DNA of 64,000 nucleotides, from contig JBBQFH010000007.1 of the NCBI GenBank assembly GCA_038321865.1, positions 32,001 through 96,000 on the forward strand. Direction: 5' to 3'. Of this stretch, positions 35,191-44,404 are shown piece after piece (within the stretch, counting starts at the first letter, position 1; the number at the start of each line of letters is the position of its first letter). Under the pieces are notes generated by a model that saw nothing but the letters and a program-made list of their open reading frames with translations, was not told the DNA's origin and did not search any database. The stretch comes from Gemmatimonadales bacterium. GTDB lineage: Bacteria > Gemmatimonadota > Gemmatimonadetes > Gemmatimonadales > GWC2-71-9. The translations under genes and the position numbers were made by a program.

Positions 35191-35933
35191 GACCGCGCAT
35201 CGCCGTGACCGGGGTGCTCCGCCGCTGGGATGGTGCCGACCGCACGGGCGTCAACGCCGCATACGTCGAGAGTGTGCTGAAGGCGGGCGGCGTGCCGCTG
35301 ATTCTCTCGCCGATCCTCGGCGCCGAGCATGCCGCGGCCGCGCTCGAGGGCGCCGACGGGCTGCTGCTGACGGGCGGGGAGGACATCGATCCGGCACTCT
35401 ACGGCGAGACGCCTTCTCCGCGCCTCGGCACGATCTCGCGGAGCCGCGACCTGTTCGAGCTCGCCGCGTTCAGGGCCGCCCGCGAACGCGACATGCCGGT
35501 GCTCGGTGTCTGCCGCGGTATACAGCTCGTGAACGTCGCGCTCGGCGGCACGCTGTATCAGGATCTGCCCTCGGAGCGGCCATCCGCCGTGGCGCACGAG
35601 GCGCCGACCGCGCGGAACGCCGCCGCGCACGCGATCCGCGTGCAGCCCGGCAGCCGCACCGCCATCGCGCTCGGACAAACGGCGACGGCAGCCAACTCGT
35701 TCCATCACCAGGCCGTGCGGGACCTTGCCCCGGGCCTGATCGCCTCCGGCTGGGCCGACGACAACCTGGTGGAAGCGGTCGAGGCCGAGACCGATCCGTG
35801 GCTGATCGCCGTGCAATGGCACCCCGAGGAAATGCACGCGGACGCCACGTCGGCCGACAGCCGCCTCTTCGCGGCGCTGGTGGCGGAGGCGCAGGCGTTC
35901 GCCCACGCGCCTAGTGGGCGCCGAGGTCCCTGA
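35187..35933 (+). CDS. Peptidase C26 / gamma-glutamyl-gamma-aminobutyrate hydrolase (PuuD-like)
   Basis: GLLLTGGEDIDP, LGVCRGIQ, NSFHHQA, VQWHPE. GTG at 35187 (GTGA overlap). Confidence 0.92.
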   Translation: MRPRIAVTGVLRRWDGADRTGVNAAYVESVLKAGGVPLILSPILGAEHAAAALEGADGLLLTGGEDIDPALYGETPSPRLGTISRSRDLFELAAFRAARERDMPVLGVCRGIQLVNVALGGTLYQDLPSERPSAVAHEAPTARNAAAHAIRVQPGSRTAIALGQTATAANSFHHQAVRDLAPGLIASGWADDNLVEAVEAETDPWLIAVQWHPEEMHADATSADSRLFAALVAEAQAFAHAPSGRRGP

Positions 35934-36621
35934 GGATGCGGTCGGGTGACGCGTGATGGGGAAACAGAACGCGGTCGCTCATGCCGTTGAGCGCGCCGCG
36001 GAGCGACGGAAAGCGCTCGGCGGCGATGCGGAAGACGTCGCCCAGGCCGTAGTGGTCGGCCAGCGCGTGATCGGACGCAAGTCCGAAACCCCGCCGCCCG
36101 AGCGCATCGTAGTAGGTGAGGTCGGGGCCGCCCTTCCGGAGGCGGCGCGCGGCGATGTAATCGGGGAAGAGGCCCGACAGCCAGAGGGCGTAGTTGCCCA
36201 GGTGGGCCATGACCTTGAAGCGGCGGTCGCCTTCGCTCGATTCGAGGTCGGCCAGAATATCGACCATGTAGCGATGCTGCTCGTCGTCGTTCCAGTCGAT
36301 TCGCCAGGCTCGGTCCCGTCGGCCAAAATCAATCACCAGCGCCGCCAGATAGTCCGCCAGGGCCCGATCGTCGACGCCGGCGTTCCGCAGCGTCTGACGG
36401 AGCAGCACATAGACGAAGAGCGCCTCGGATGGCACCAGCACCGAGCCGACGGCGAGCAGACGCTCAAGCAGCTCCGGCACATCGAGGAGCGCATCCGGAC
36501 CCTCGGCCGTCAAGCGCCGCTCGAGCGACGCCCGGCGACCAGCCGATCCGCTGCTCAGCAGCAGGATCACCAGCTGCAGATCGGCGGCCGTCAGGCGGCT
36601 GCGCGTGTCAGGACGAATCAT
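35911..36621 (-). CDS. Hypothetical helical protein
   Basis: Protein-like 236-aa ORF (LADYLAAL, HLGNYALWLSGLFPDYI, YYDALGRRGF); function not recognised. Confidence 0.75.
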   Translation of the reverse strand: MIRPDTRSRLTAADLQLVILLLSSGSAGRRASLERRLTAEGPDALLDVPELLERLLAVGSVLVPSEALFVYVLLRQTLRNAGVDDRALADYLAALVIDFGRRDRAWRIDWNDDEQHRYMVDILADLESSEGDRRFKVMAHLGNYALWLSGLFPDYIAARRLRKGGPDLTYYDALGRRGFGLASDHALADHYGLGDVFRIAAERFPSLRGALNGMSDRVLFPHHASPDRILRDLGAH

Positions 36622-38635
36622 GGCGTTACCCCATCCAGGCGGTTGTGTGCACGGTGAATCTTCCCCGGAAAATGCCGAGTCGCTGGTCGAGAAGCTGACG
36701 GCCTTTGCTCATGAGCTGGCCGGCACACTGCGCCGCGCGTCCATCATCGATCTGCTGATCCAGCACATCCGCCTCGGCCTCGCGCCGACCGAGATCGCGG
36801 TGATCCTGCTGAACAAGGACACCGATGACCCCGATGACCTGCACAGCTGGCCCACTCCCGGCCGTGATCGCCGCGCGCTGCTCGACTTCGCCGCCGCCCA
36901 GCCGGGGCCGCTCATCGTGGCGGAGGGAGTGGACAAACTGCTCGTTAACGCCGACCCTCCCTCCGCCGGCGACCTCAGCGGAACATGGGCGCTCACGCCC
37001 CTCCTCGCCAAGACGCAGGTCACAGGCGCGATAGCGGTTCGCGCACCTTCGAGCGGATTCACGCCGTCGGCCCTGCCCCTGCTGCAGGGACTGGTGGCGG
37101 AGGCGAGCATCGCGCTGGAGAGCGCCCGCCTGGTGGACCTGCATGACGACGGCCGGAAGTCGTGGCAGGAGGTGGTGGACGCGATCGCCCTCGCCCTGTG
37201 CATCGTGGACCGATCCGGCAGCATTCGCCGTGCCAACCGGGCCTTCGCGAAGCTGGTGGACGCCCCGCCGGCGTCGCTGATTGGCCGACCCTGGCACGCG
37301 TTCGTACCCCCCGAATGGGCCGCCGACATCCGCCGCGCCCTGGGAGACGTGGTTCCGACCGGCGAGGTGGAGCTCCGGACCGGGGAGCTGAGCTACTCGG
37401 TGACCACCGTCCCGATCAGCGAGGGGGATCCGTCCACGACCGTGCTGCTCTTCGACGATCAGACCGAGCGCCGCCGGCTTCAGGACCAGCTGATCCAGTC
37501 CGAGAAGATGTCGGCGATCGGCCAGCTCATCGCCGGCATCGCCCACGATCTCAACAACCCGCTCGCCTCGGTGGTGGGATTTGCCGACTTTCTGGGCGAA
37601 TCGCCCGAGGTCCCGGCCGGGCTGCGAGAGCCGCTGTCGGTGATCCGGGAGGAGGCCGAACGGGCCTCCAGCATCGTCAAGAACCTGCTCGGATTTGCCC
37701 GCAAGCAGGAACGTCAGCGCCGGCTGGTAGCGCTGGAGCCGCTCCTCACGTCGACGCTTGCGCTGCTCCGGAACCAGCTGCTCGGCTACCACGTGGAGGC
37801 GGTGATGGAGCTCGAGGACGGGCTGCCCATGGTCGTCCTCGACCCCAACCAGATGCAGCAGGTCCTGGTGAACCTGATCAACAACGCGGCGCAGGCCATC
37901 GCCACGACGGAACGCGCCGGCACCATCAGGGTCCGCGCGCGACGGCTGCTGGATGGCGTCATGATCGAGATCGCGGACGACGGGCCCGGCATGACCGACG
38001 AGCTCGCGCGACAGGTGTTCGAGCCGTTTTTCACCACCAAGGGCGAGGGCCAGGGCACCGGTCTTGGCCTGTCGATCAGCCAGGGGATCGTGAAGGAGCA
38101 TGGCGGACGCATCACGCTCAGTTCCCGCGAGGGCGAAGGCGCCACCTTCACGATTCAGCTGCCCTGCGGTGACGCGGTGCCGGCCGAAGCGCCGGTCGCA
38201 GCCACGATTCGCGTCGTCACCACCGGACTGCGGGTGCTGGTGGTGGACGACGAGCCCCATATCCTCCACTACATGCGGGCGACACTGGAAGCATGGGGGC
38301 ACGAGGTCGTGGTCGCCGGCGATGGCGCCGAGGCGCTCGAGCTGGCGGAAGCCGACGTCTTCGACCTGATCATCTCGGACCTGCGCATGCCCCGGCTCGG
38401 CGGGCGGGAGTTCTTCGAGCGACTGCTTCGCGTCGACCCCGAGGCCGGCCCGCGGGTGATCTTCAGCACCGGTGACACCGTCCGCGGCGACACGCTCGCG
38501 TTCCTCGAGGGACTCGCCCGGCCCTACCTGCACAAGCCGTTCAGCCTGGCCGAGCTCCGCGCGATGCTTGCCGCCGTCACCAGCCGCCGCGCCGGGGAGC
38601 GCAGACCCCGGGTCGAGAAGGCGAGCCGGATCTGA
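36620..38635 (+). CDS. Hybrid histidine kinase (GAF-PAS-HisKA-HATPase-REC)
   Basis: AGIAHDLNNPL, QVLVNLINNA, DDGPGM, FFTTK, GTGLGL, VLVVDDE, DLRMP, KPF. Start uncertain (36620 or 36647). Confidence 0.93.
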   Translation: MALPHPGGCVHGESSPENAESLVEKLTAFAHELAGTLRRASIIDLLIQHIRLGLAPTEIAVILLNKDTDDPDDLHSWPTPGRDRRALLDFAAAQPGPLIVAEGVDKLLVNADPPSAGDLSGTWALTPLLAKTQVTGAIAVRAPSSGFTPSALPLLQGLVAEASIALESARLVDLHDDGRKSWQEVVDAIALALCIVDRSGSIRRANRAFAKLVDAPPASLIGRPWHAFVPPEWAADIRRALGDVVPTGEVELRTGELSYSVTTVPISEGDPSTTVLLFDDQTERRRLQDQLIQSEKMSAIGQLIAGIAHDLNNPLASVVGFADFLGESPEVPAGLREPLSVIREEAERASSIVKNLLGFARKQERQRRLVALEPLLTSTLALLRNQLLGYHVEAVMELEDGLPMVVLDPNQMQQVLVNLINNAAQAIATTERAGTIRVRARRLLDGVMIEIADDGPGMTDELARQVFEPFFTTKGEGQGTGLGLSISQGIVKEHGGRITLSSREGEGATFTIQLPCGDAVPAEAPVAATIRVVTTGLRVLVVDDEPHILHYMRATLEAWGHEVVVAGDGAEALELAEADVFDLIISDLRMPRLGGREFFERLLRVDPEAGPRVIFSTGDTVRGDTLAFLEGLARPYLHKPFSLAELRAMLAAVTSRRAGERRPRVEKASRI

Positions 38636-38693
38636 CGCTTCTCGGCGCCGGCGGCTCCGGTGTATCGTTCAATGCCCTCACAACTGACGGAAC

Positions 38694-39491
38694 ATGATCT
38701 ACGTCTGCATTCCAAGTCATAACGAAGCGCCGACGGTCGGCCTTCTGCTGTGGAAGATCCGGCAGGTGTTTGCGGAATTCTCCCGCGAGTACCAACTCGT
38801 CGTCGCCGACGACGGATCGACCGACGCCACGGCCGAGGTGCTGGCCCCGTACGCGCGGGTCCTGCCGCTCACCGTGCTCCGCCACCCCGCCCGCCTGGGT
38901 TACGGACGGACCGTCGAGGAGCTGCTTCGCTTCGCCGCCGACCGCACCGACCGGCCGAAGCGGGACTGCGCGGTCCTCATGCACGCGGACTTCGCGCACG
39001 GCCCGCAGTACCTGCCGGAGCTCGTACGGCGGCTGGAGGGTGGCGCCGATATGGTCGTCGCCCAGGGCTCGCCCGGCGACGGGGCGACACGAGGCCGGCG
39101 GTTGTTGCGGAGGCTGGCCCCCATGCTGCTCCGGGGGCGCGTGCGGGTGCCAGGGGTGTCGGACGTGGTCTCGGGATTCGGCGCCTTCCGGCTGGTGACG
39201 CTGCGGAGCGCGTTCCGCGAGGCGAACGGTCCGCTGCTCAGCGCCGACGGCTGGGCCGCCAACGCGGAGCTGCTCGCCCGGGCGGCGCGGCATGCGCGGA
39301 GGATCGAGACGGTCGACGTCGTCGAACGGCACGATCTTCGGCCGCGGGACAGCCGGGTGCAGCCGTGGCACGCCGCCCGAGGGCTGTGGCGCGCGGGGGG
39401 CCGTCTCCGCCTTCCGGCGGGCGCACCGCCGGCCGCCGCACTCCGGGCGCGCGCCAGCGAGCCGGAGAGTGAGGCAGTGGGAGCACGCTGA
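38694..39491 (+). CDS. Glycosyltransferase family 2 (polyprenyl-phosphate sugar transferase-like)
   Basis: IPSHNEA, VADDGSTDAT, MHADF, DVVSGF. Confidence 0.85.
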   Translation: MIYVCIPSHNEAPTVGLLLWKIRQVFAEFSREYQLVVADDGSTDATAEVLAPYARVLPLTVLRHPARLGYGRTVEELLRFAADRTDRPKRDCAVLMHADFAHGPQYLPELVRRLEGGADMVVAQGSPGDGATRGRRLLRRLAPMLLRGRVRVPGVSDVVSGFGAFRLVTLRSAFREANGPLLSADGWAANAELLARAARHARRIETVDVVERHDLRPRDSRVQPWHAARGLWRAGGRLRLPAGAPPAAALRARASEPESEAVGAR

Positions 39492-39507
39492 CCGGCGGCG
39501 ATTGGTG

Positions 39508-39548
39508 ACAGGAGAAACGCCCGGCACCATGCCGGGCGTTTCTCCTGT
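39508..39548. terminator. 19-bp perfect hairpin, probable bidirectional terminator
   Basis: ACAGGAGAAACGCCCGGCA-CCA-TGCCGGGCGTTTCTCCTGT between convergent genes. Confidence 0.8.
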
Positions 39549-39568
39549 TCGCTCGCCAGGACAGCCGG

Positions 39569-39781
39569 TCAGGCCGGCTTGCCGGAGATCACTTCCCTCA
39601 CGCGCGCTGCAGTGTTCGGGGCGAAGATCTTCAGCACCAGGTAGATCAGGAAGCCCCAGAGCGCCAGCTTCAGCACCACACCGATCAGCCCGAGCGCACC
39701 CAGAAACAGGCCGAAGATGATCTTGAACAGCACGACCGACACCACGGCGAACACCGAGAAGCCAACGATGCTGCGAACCAT
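39569..39781 (-). CDS. Small membrane protein (70 aa, about 2 TM)
   Basis: ATG at 39781 with AGGAGG RBS; almost entirely hydrophobic. Confidence 0.8.
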   Translation of the reverse strand: MVRSIVGFSVFAVVSVVLFKIIFGLFLGALGLIGVVLKLALWGFLIYLVLKIFAPNTAARVREVISGKPA

Positions 39782-39817
39782 GCTATTTTCCTCCTGAGGT
39801 GGCCAGACGCTGACCTG

Positions 39818-39844
39818 TACGCCCCAACGTTTCAAAAAGTTTCA
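39818..39844 (-). promoter_or_regulatory. ECF-type promoter candidate TGAAAC-N17-CGTA, also a TGAAAC direct repeat
   Basis: Minus strand reads TGAAACTTTTTGAAACGTTGGGGCGTA. Confidence 0.5.
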
Positions 39845-39855
39845 TAGGACAGTAA

Positions 39856-40956
39856 GTGACACCTTCGCATGATGTTGTCGTCGTCGGTGGAGGCGCGATC
39901 GGGGCCGCCTGCGCCCGCGAACTGGCCGTTGCCGGACACCGGCCGCTGGTGCTGGATGCCGGCACGCCGGGCGCGGCCTGGCAGGCGGCCGGGGGAATGC
40001 TCGCGCCGCAGATCGAGGCGGATGGTCACGATCCGCTCTTCGAGATCGGTCTGGCCGCGCGGGACCGGTATGCCGAGATCGCGGGTCCGCTCCTGGAATC
40101 CACCGGCATTGACATCGCCCTGTGGCAGGAAGGGATCGCCCAGCTCGCGACCGACGAGCAGCAGGTGGCGGAACTCAAGTCGAAGGTGGCGTGGCAGCGC
40201 CAGCAAGGCTACCTGTGCGACTGGCTCGATGCCAAGGAGTCCCGCGAGCACTGGCCGTGGACCGGCCCCGTCTTCGGCGCGCTCTGGGCGCGTCGCGACG
40301 GCGCACTCGACCCTGAGGCGCTGGTGCGAGCGCTGCTGGCCGATGCGACCCGGCGAGGCGCCCGCGTCGTCAAGGATACCGCCATCGCGATCGAGCGCCA
40401 GGCCGGCCGTGTGACCGCCGTGATCGGCGCGGAACGGTATCCCACCGACAACATCGTCATCGCCGCGGGTGCCTGGTCGGGCCGCATCGCCGGGCTGCCT
40501 CGGCCGCTGTCGGTGGAGCCGGTTCGCGGTCAGATGGTGGCGCTGCCCTGGCCCGCCGACATCCCGCGGGCGGTCCTCTACAATCGCGACTGCTATGTGC
40601 TCGCCCGGGGCGCCGAGGCGATCGCGGGCTCCACGATGGAGTTTGCCGGATTCGATGCAAGCGTGACCCCCGACGGGGTGGACCGAATCCTCGCCTGCCT
40701 GGCCACGCTGTGCCCCGCGCTGGCCGGCCGGCACCCGACCCGTACCTGGGCCGGGCTCCGGCCCGTCACGCCGGACGGCCTCCCCATCGTCGGTGCGGCG
40801 CCCGGCGTCGATGGACTCTGGTACGCGACGGGACACGGCCGAAACGGGATCCTGCTGGCGGCGCTGACGGGCCTCATCATCAGCCAGTTCGTCAGCGGGG
40901 CGTCCACCCACGAGGACGTGTCGGTCCTCTCGCCCGAGCGCTACTGGCGCTGGTAG
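39856..40956 (+). CDS. thiO: Glycine oxidase / D-amino-acid oxidase family (ThiO-like)
   Basis: VVGGGAIG, AAGGML, PVRGQM, WAGLRP, GHGRNGILLA. Confidence 0.8.
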   Translation: MTPSHDVVVVGGGAIGAACARELAVAGHRPLVLDAGTPGAAWQAAGGMLAPQIEADGHDPLFEIGLAARDRYAEIAGPLLESTGIDIALWQEGIAQLATDEQQVAELKSKVAWQRQQGYLCDWLDAKESREHWPWTGPVFGALWARRDGALDPEALVRALLADATRRGARVVKDTAIAIERQAGRVTAVIGAERYPTDNIVIAAGAWSGRIAGLPRPLSVEPVRGQMVALPWPADIPRAVLYNRDCYVLARGAEAIAGSTMEFAGFDASVTPDGVDRILACLATLCPALAGRHPTRTWAGLRPVTPDGLPIVGAAPGVDGLWYATGHGRNGILLAALTGLIISQFVSGASTHEDVSVLSPERYWRW

Positions 40957-41025
40957 GCACCCCATCCGATCGCCTCCCGCGGGCGTAAGTACGGCAACCA
41001 CCGCCGTCACCCTCGAGGAGGCCCG

Positions 41026-41631
41026 ATGTCCGATCTGCCGACGTTCGTCACGCTGGGTTTCCACCACATCGTGGATCTCGACGCGGCCGATCACATTCTC
41101 TTCCTGCTTGTTCTGGCCGCGATCTACCGGCTGCGGGACTGGCGCGAGAGCCTGCGCGTGGTCACCGCGTTCACCATCGGCCACTCGCTGACGCTCGTGC
41201 TGGCGGTGACCGGAGTGCTGCGGCTGCCCACGCCGCTCATCGAGTTCCTGATTCCGCTGACCATCATTGCTACGGGCATCGAGAACATCGTGGTACGGCG
41301 CCGGACCGACCGGCCCTGGCACTCACGGCTGCGCCCGCTCCTCGCCGCGGTGTTCGGGCTGGTGCACGGTGCCGGCTTCGCCAACTACCTGCAGAGCCTC
41401 TTCACCGATCACATCGTCGTGCCGCTCCTGGGCTTCAATATCGGCATCGAGCTCGGGCAGGTGGTGGTGCTCGCCGCATGCGCGGCGGCGCTCACCGGTC
41501 TTGACCGGCTGATTTCGGCCTGGCGCGAGTCGGCGGGCATCGGACAGGCACATCGGATCCGCGTGGTGGCCGTCAGCGCCGCCGCGGTGCTGGCCGCAGC
41601 CGTCATGGCCGCCGAGCGTCGGCCGTGGTGA
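41026..41631 (+). CDS. HupE/UreJ family membrane protein
   Basis: GFHHI, DHILFL, TAFTIGHSLTL, FGLVHGAGFA, FNIGIELGQ. Confidence 0.9.
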   Translation: MSDLPTFVTLGFHHIVDLDAADHILFLLVLAAIYRLRDWRESLRVVTAFTIGHSLTLVLAVTGVLRLPTPLIEFLIPLTIIATGIENIVVRRRTDRPWHSRLRPLLAAVFGLVHGAGFANYLQSLFTDHIVVPLLGFNIGIELGQVVVLAACAAALTGLDRLISAWRESAGIGQAHRIRVVAVSAAAVLAAAVMAAERRPW

Positions 41632-42068
41632 ATCCGGGCCGCCTCCTTGCCGTCGCGCCGCTGCTCCTGGCGGTCGCGATGCACCCGATGCACACCAGCT
41701 CCGCTGAGCTCAGCTACGATCTGACGGCCCGGCGCGCCGAGCTCGTGGTACGCGTCTTCGCCGATGAATTCCAGACCCTCGGTGGCGACGATGCCGCCCG
41801 GGCCGCGCGGGTGGCCGGCGGAATCGTGATCACCGCGCGCGACGGACGGGTGCTGCGGTTCGGGCTCGGCGGCATCGGCCGGCGGGCGGACATCGTGGAA
41901 CTTCGCCTGTCCGCTCCCCTCGACGCGGGGCTGGCCGGAGCCAGGATGCTCGACACGGTGCTCTTCGACCGGTACGCCGATCAGGTCAACATCGTACGCG
42001 TGCGGAGCGGCGATCGGACAGGCACGCTGCTGTTTACCCGCGGTTCGGGCGCGCGCGCCCTGCCGTGA
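41625..42068 (+). CDS. Exported protein, DUF6702-like
   Basis: Signal peptide followed by HPMHTS, VRVFADE, QVNIV. Confidence 0.7.
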   Translation: MVNPGRLLAVAPLLLAVAMHPMHTSSAELSYDLTARRAELVVRVFADEFQTLGGDDAARAARVAGGIVITARDGRVLRFGLGGIGRRADIVELRLSAPLDAGLAGARMLDTVLFDRYADQVNIVRVRSGDRTGTLLFTRGSGARALP

Positions 42069-42117
42069 TCGCACCCGCCCGCGCCCGTACCGCTGCTTGT
42101 GGATGGTCCGCTCGGCG

Positions 42118-42126
42118 TGGTACAAT
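42118..42126 (+). promoter_or_regulatory. Extended -10 element (TGnTACAAT) upstream of the ECF sigma gene
   Basis: TGGTACAAT about 65 nt before ATG 42191. Confidence 0.45.
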
Positions 42127-42190
42127 GCGGAGCAGCGCATTGTCCGCACGCCGAATCGACCTTGCCGGGGGCACGTACGTCACATGGCGG

Positions 42191-42796
42191 ATGAGTAGCA
42201 CCTTCTCTGCGTCGCCGGCCGGCTCCAGCGACCGGGAGTTGATGACGCGTGCCGCGGGCGGCGAAGAGGCCGCGGTCGGACGTCTGTACGATCGCTACGC
42301 GCGGGTGCTCCACGCCGTCGCCTACCGCATCGTCGGCCAGCGAGCCGATGCCGAGGAAGTGGTGGCGGAGACGTTCGCGCAGGCCTGGCGGGACGCCGCG
42401 CGCTTCGAGGAAGCGCGCGGCTCGGTGCCCGCCTGGCTCACGATGATCGCGCGGAGCCGGGCGCTTGACCTGACTCGCGCCCGCGTCCGGCGCGATCGCG
42501 CCACCACCAGCGCGGGATCGGAGCCAGGACCAGGTCCGGCGATGGGCACCTGGCGCTCGGATCCGGGCGAAGCGGTTGACGCCGATGAACGGCAGCGGAA
42601 GGTGCGCGAGGCGCTGGCCGGGCTGAGCGCCGCGCAGCGCGAGGCCGTCGAGCTTGCGTTCTACGAAGGGCTGTCGCAGTCCGAGATCGCGCTCCGGCTG
42701 GATGAGCCCCTCGGCACCGTGAAGACCCGCGTACGCTCGGCGATGCAGAAGCTGAGGGATTCGCTCTCGCCCTATTTCTTCGAGCGTGCCGAATGA
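42191..42796 (+). CDS. ECF sigma factor (SigK-like)
   Basis: LYDRY, AEEVVAETF, WLTMIARSRALD, LAFYEGLSQSEIA, PLGTVKTR. Confidence 0.93.
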   Translation: MSSTFSASPAGSSDRELMTRAAGGEEAAVGRLYDRYARVLHAVAYRIVGQRADAEEVVAETFAQAWRDAARFEEARGSVPAWLTMIARSRALDLTRARVRRDRATTSAGSEPGPGPAMGTWRSDPGEAVDADERQRKVREALAGLSAAQREAVELAFYEGLSQSEIALRLDEPLGTVKTRVRSAMQKLRDSLSPYFFERAE

Positions 42797-43587
42797 GCGA
42801 CACGCCGCATTCGTCTCCGATGGACCTCGCCGCGGCGTACGCCCTCGGCGCGCTCGACGCCGACGACGCGCGTACGTTCGAGGCGTATCTCGCCTCGAGC
42901 CCGGAGGCTCAGCGCGAAGTCGCGGCGTTCCGGGAAGTGGCCGCCCTGCTCGCTGCCGGCGCCGACGCGCCGGCCCCGGGCGCCGAGCTCCGCGCGCGTG
43001 TGCTCCGATCGCGCCCCGGCACGGCCGCTCCGCAAGCCGCATCGCGCGTGTCGGCCGCGGCGCGCCCGCGCCGCTCGCCGTGGGCCGTCGCGGTACTGGC
43101 CAGCGGGATGGCCGCCGCGCTGTTCCTCGCCTTTGCGCTGGGGCGCTCACGGGATACGCTGCGGCAGGAGCTCGCCGCACGGGATTCGACGCTCGGTGAA
43201 CTCGCGGCCCGGCTGCGCGGCCGCGAGGCGACGCTGAATGCGATTCTGGAGCCCGGAGTCCGGATCTACGAGCTCACCTCTTCGGGTGACCCGAAACCGG
43301 GTGCTCAGCTCTTCGTGGACCGCGCGCGCGGCGTCGCGATCCTGCACGCGTTCCGGCTGAAGCAGGCGCCCGCCGGCCGGGCCTATCAGCTGTGGTTCAT
43401 CAAGGATGGAAAGCCCGTACCGTCGCTCACCTTCAACGCCGATACGACCGGACATGCCATGCTGCAGCAGGTTCCTTTCCCGGCGGGCGGAGTGATCAGC
43501 GCGGCCGCCGTGACCGAGGAGCCCGCCACCGGCTCGCTGCAGCCGACGACACCGATACTTCTGGTGGCCCCACTCCCCGCATCCTGA
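42793..43587 (+). CDS. Anti-sigma factor (RskA-like)
   Basis: AAAYALGALD, central TM, YQLWFI, AVTEEP..GSLQPT; ATGA overlap with the sigma gene. Confidence 0.9.
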   Translation: MSDTPHSSPMDLAAAYALGALDADDARTFEAYLASSPEAQREVAAFREVAALLAAGADAPAPGAELRARVLRSRPGTAAPQAASRVSAAARPRRSPWAVAVLASGMAAALFLAFALGRSRDTLRQELAARDSTLGELAARLRGREATLNAILEPGVRIYELTSSGDPKPGAQLFVDRARGVAILHAFRLKQAPAGRAYQLWFIKDGKPVPSLTFNADTTGHAMLQQVPFPAGGVISAAAVTEEPATGSLQPTTPILLVAPLPAS

Positions 43588-43615
43588 TCAGCCTTTCTTG
43601 GACGGCGGTGCGTTG

Positions 43616-44404
43616 ATGCGCCTGACCCTGGGTGCCGTGCTGGCTCTCGCCGCCGCGCCGTGCGCGGCGCAGGCCCCGGCGAATCTCACCACCGAGCGGT
43701 CCGCCTTCGCTGACTGGCTCGCTCACGCGCCAGTCTCTCCGCGGGCGGCGGTCGGTGTAATGCTGGTCGGACCTCAGCGCGCGCCGATCGATGGTGGAAC
43801 GACGGCGGGCCAGCGAGTAGTCGAGCGAGGCAGCGTGGTCTGGCTCGAGGGCGATGGGCCGTCACGGGCACTGCCCCGCGACCGACCCGTACGGGTTGGC
43901 TCGCGCATGGCGCTCGTCTCGGGGCCGCCCGGCCGGACCCGGCTCTGGCTGTTCGGCTCGCCGGCACCGGCGCCACCTCCCGACTACTACCCCTACGATC
44001 CGGCATTGGTCTTCAGTGGACCGCTCATGCCGGCGGCAGCACCGGCCACCGAGCGGGTGCTCACGGCCGAGGGCGAGGAAGTCGATGCCACGGATGCGGG
44101 ACGCGTGATGATGGGCCTGGGCGGGACGACGAGCCTTCGGGTGCTCCGGATTCCCGATCCCGCCGGGGAGGAGTCTTCGCTCGAGATCTATTTCCGCGAT
44201 GGGACCACCGGCGCCGGGAGCTATCCTGCGGGGCGATTCGTCGCGCTCGAGCCGCTCGCTGACGGCCGTTACCGGCTCGATTTCAATCGCGCCCGCAATC
44301 CGTTCTGCGCCTACAACGCCAACTATCCCTGCCCCGCGCCGTGGCGAGGCAACACGATCGCCGCGCCGGTGCGAGCGGGCGAGCGCTACGCGAGCCACCG
44401 GTGA
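43616..44404 (+). CDS. DUF1684 family exported protein
   Basis: FRDGTTGAGSYPAGRF, LDFNRARNPFCAYN..YPCP, VRAGE. Confidence 0.88.
   Translation: MRLTLGAVLALAAAPCAAQAPANLTTERSAFADWLAHAPVSPRAAVGVMLVGPQRAPIDGGTTAGQRVVERGSVVWLEGDGPSRALPRDRPVRVGSRMALVSGPPGRTRLWLFGSPAPAPPPDYYPYDPALVFSGPLMPAAAPATERVLTAEGEEVDATDAGRVMMGLGGTTSLRVLRIPDPAGEESSLEIYFRDGTTGAGSYPAGRFVALEPLADGRYRLDFNRARNPFCAYNANYPCPAPWRGNTIAAPVRAGERYASHR

Noticed and set aside
39856..40956. Thiamine operon or TPP riboswitch around the thiO-like gene
   Set aside because: No thiS/thiG nearby and no TPP aptamer motif in the short upstream region.
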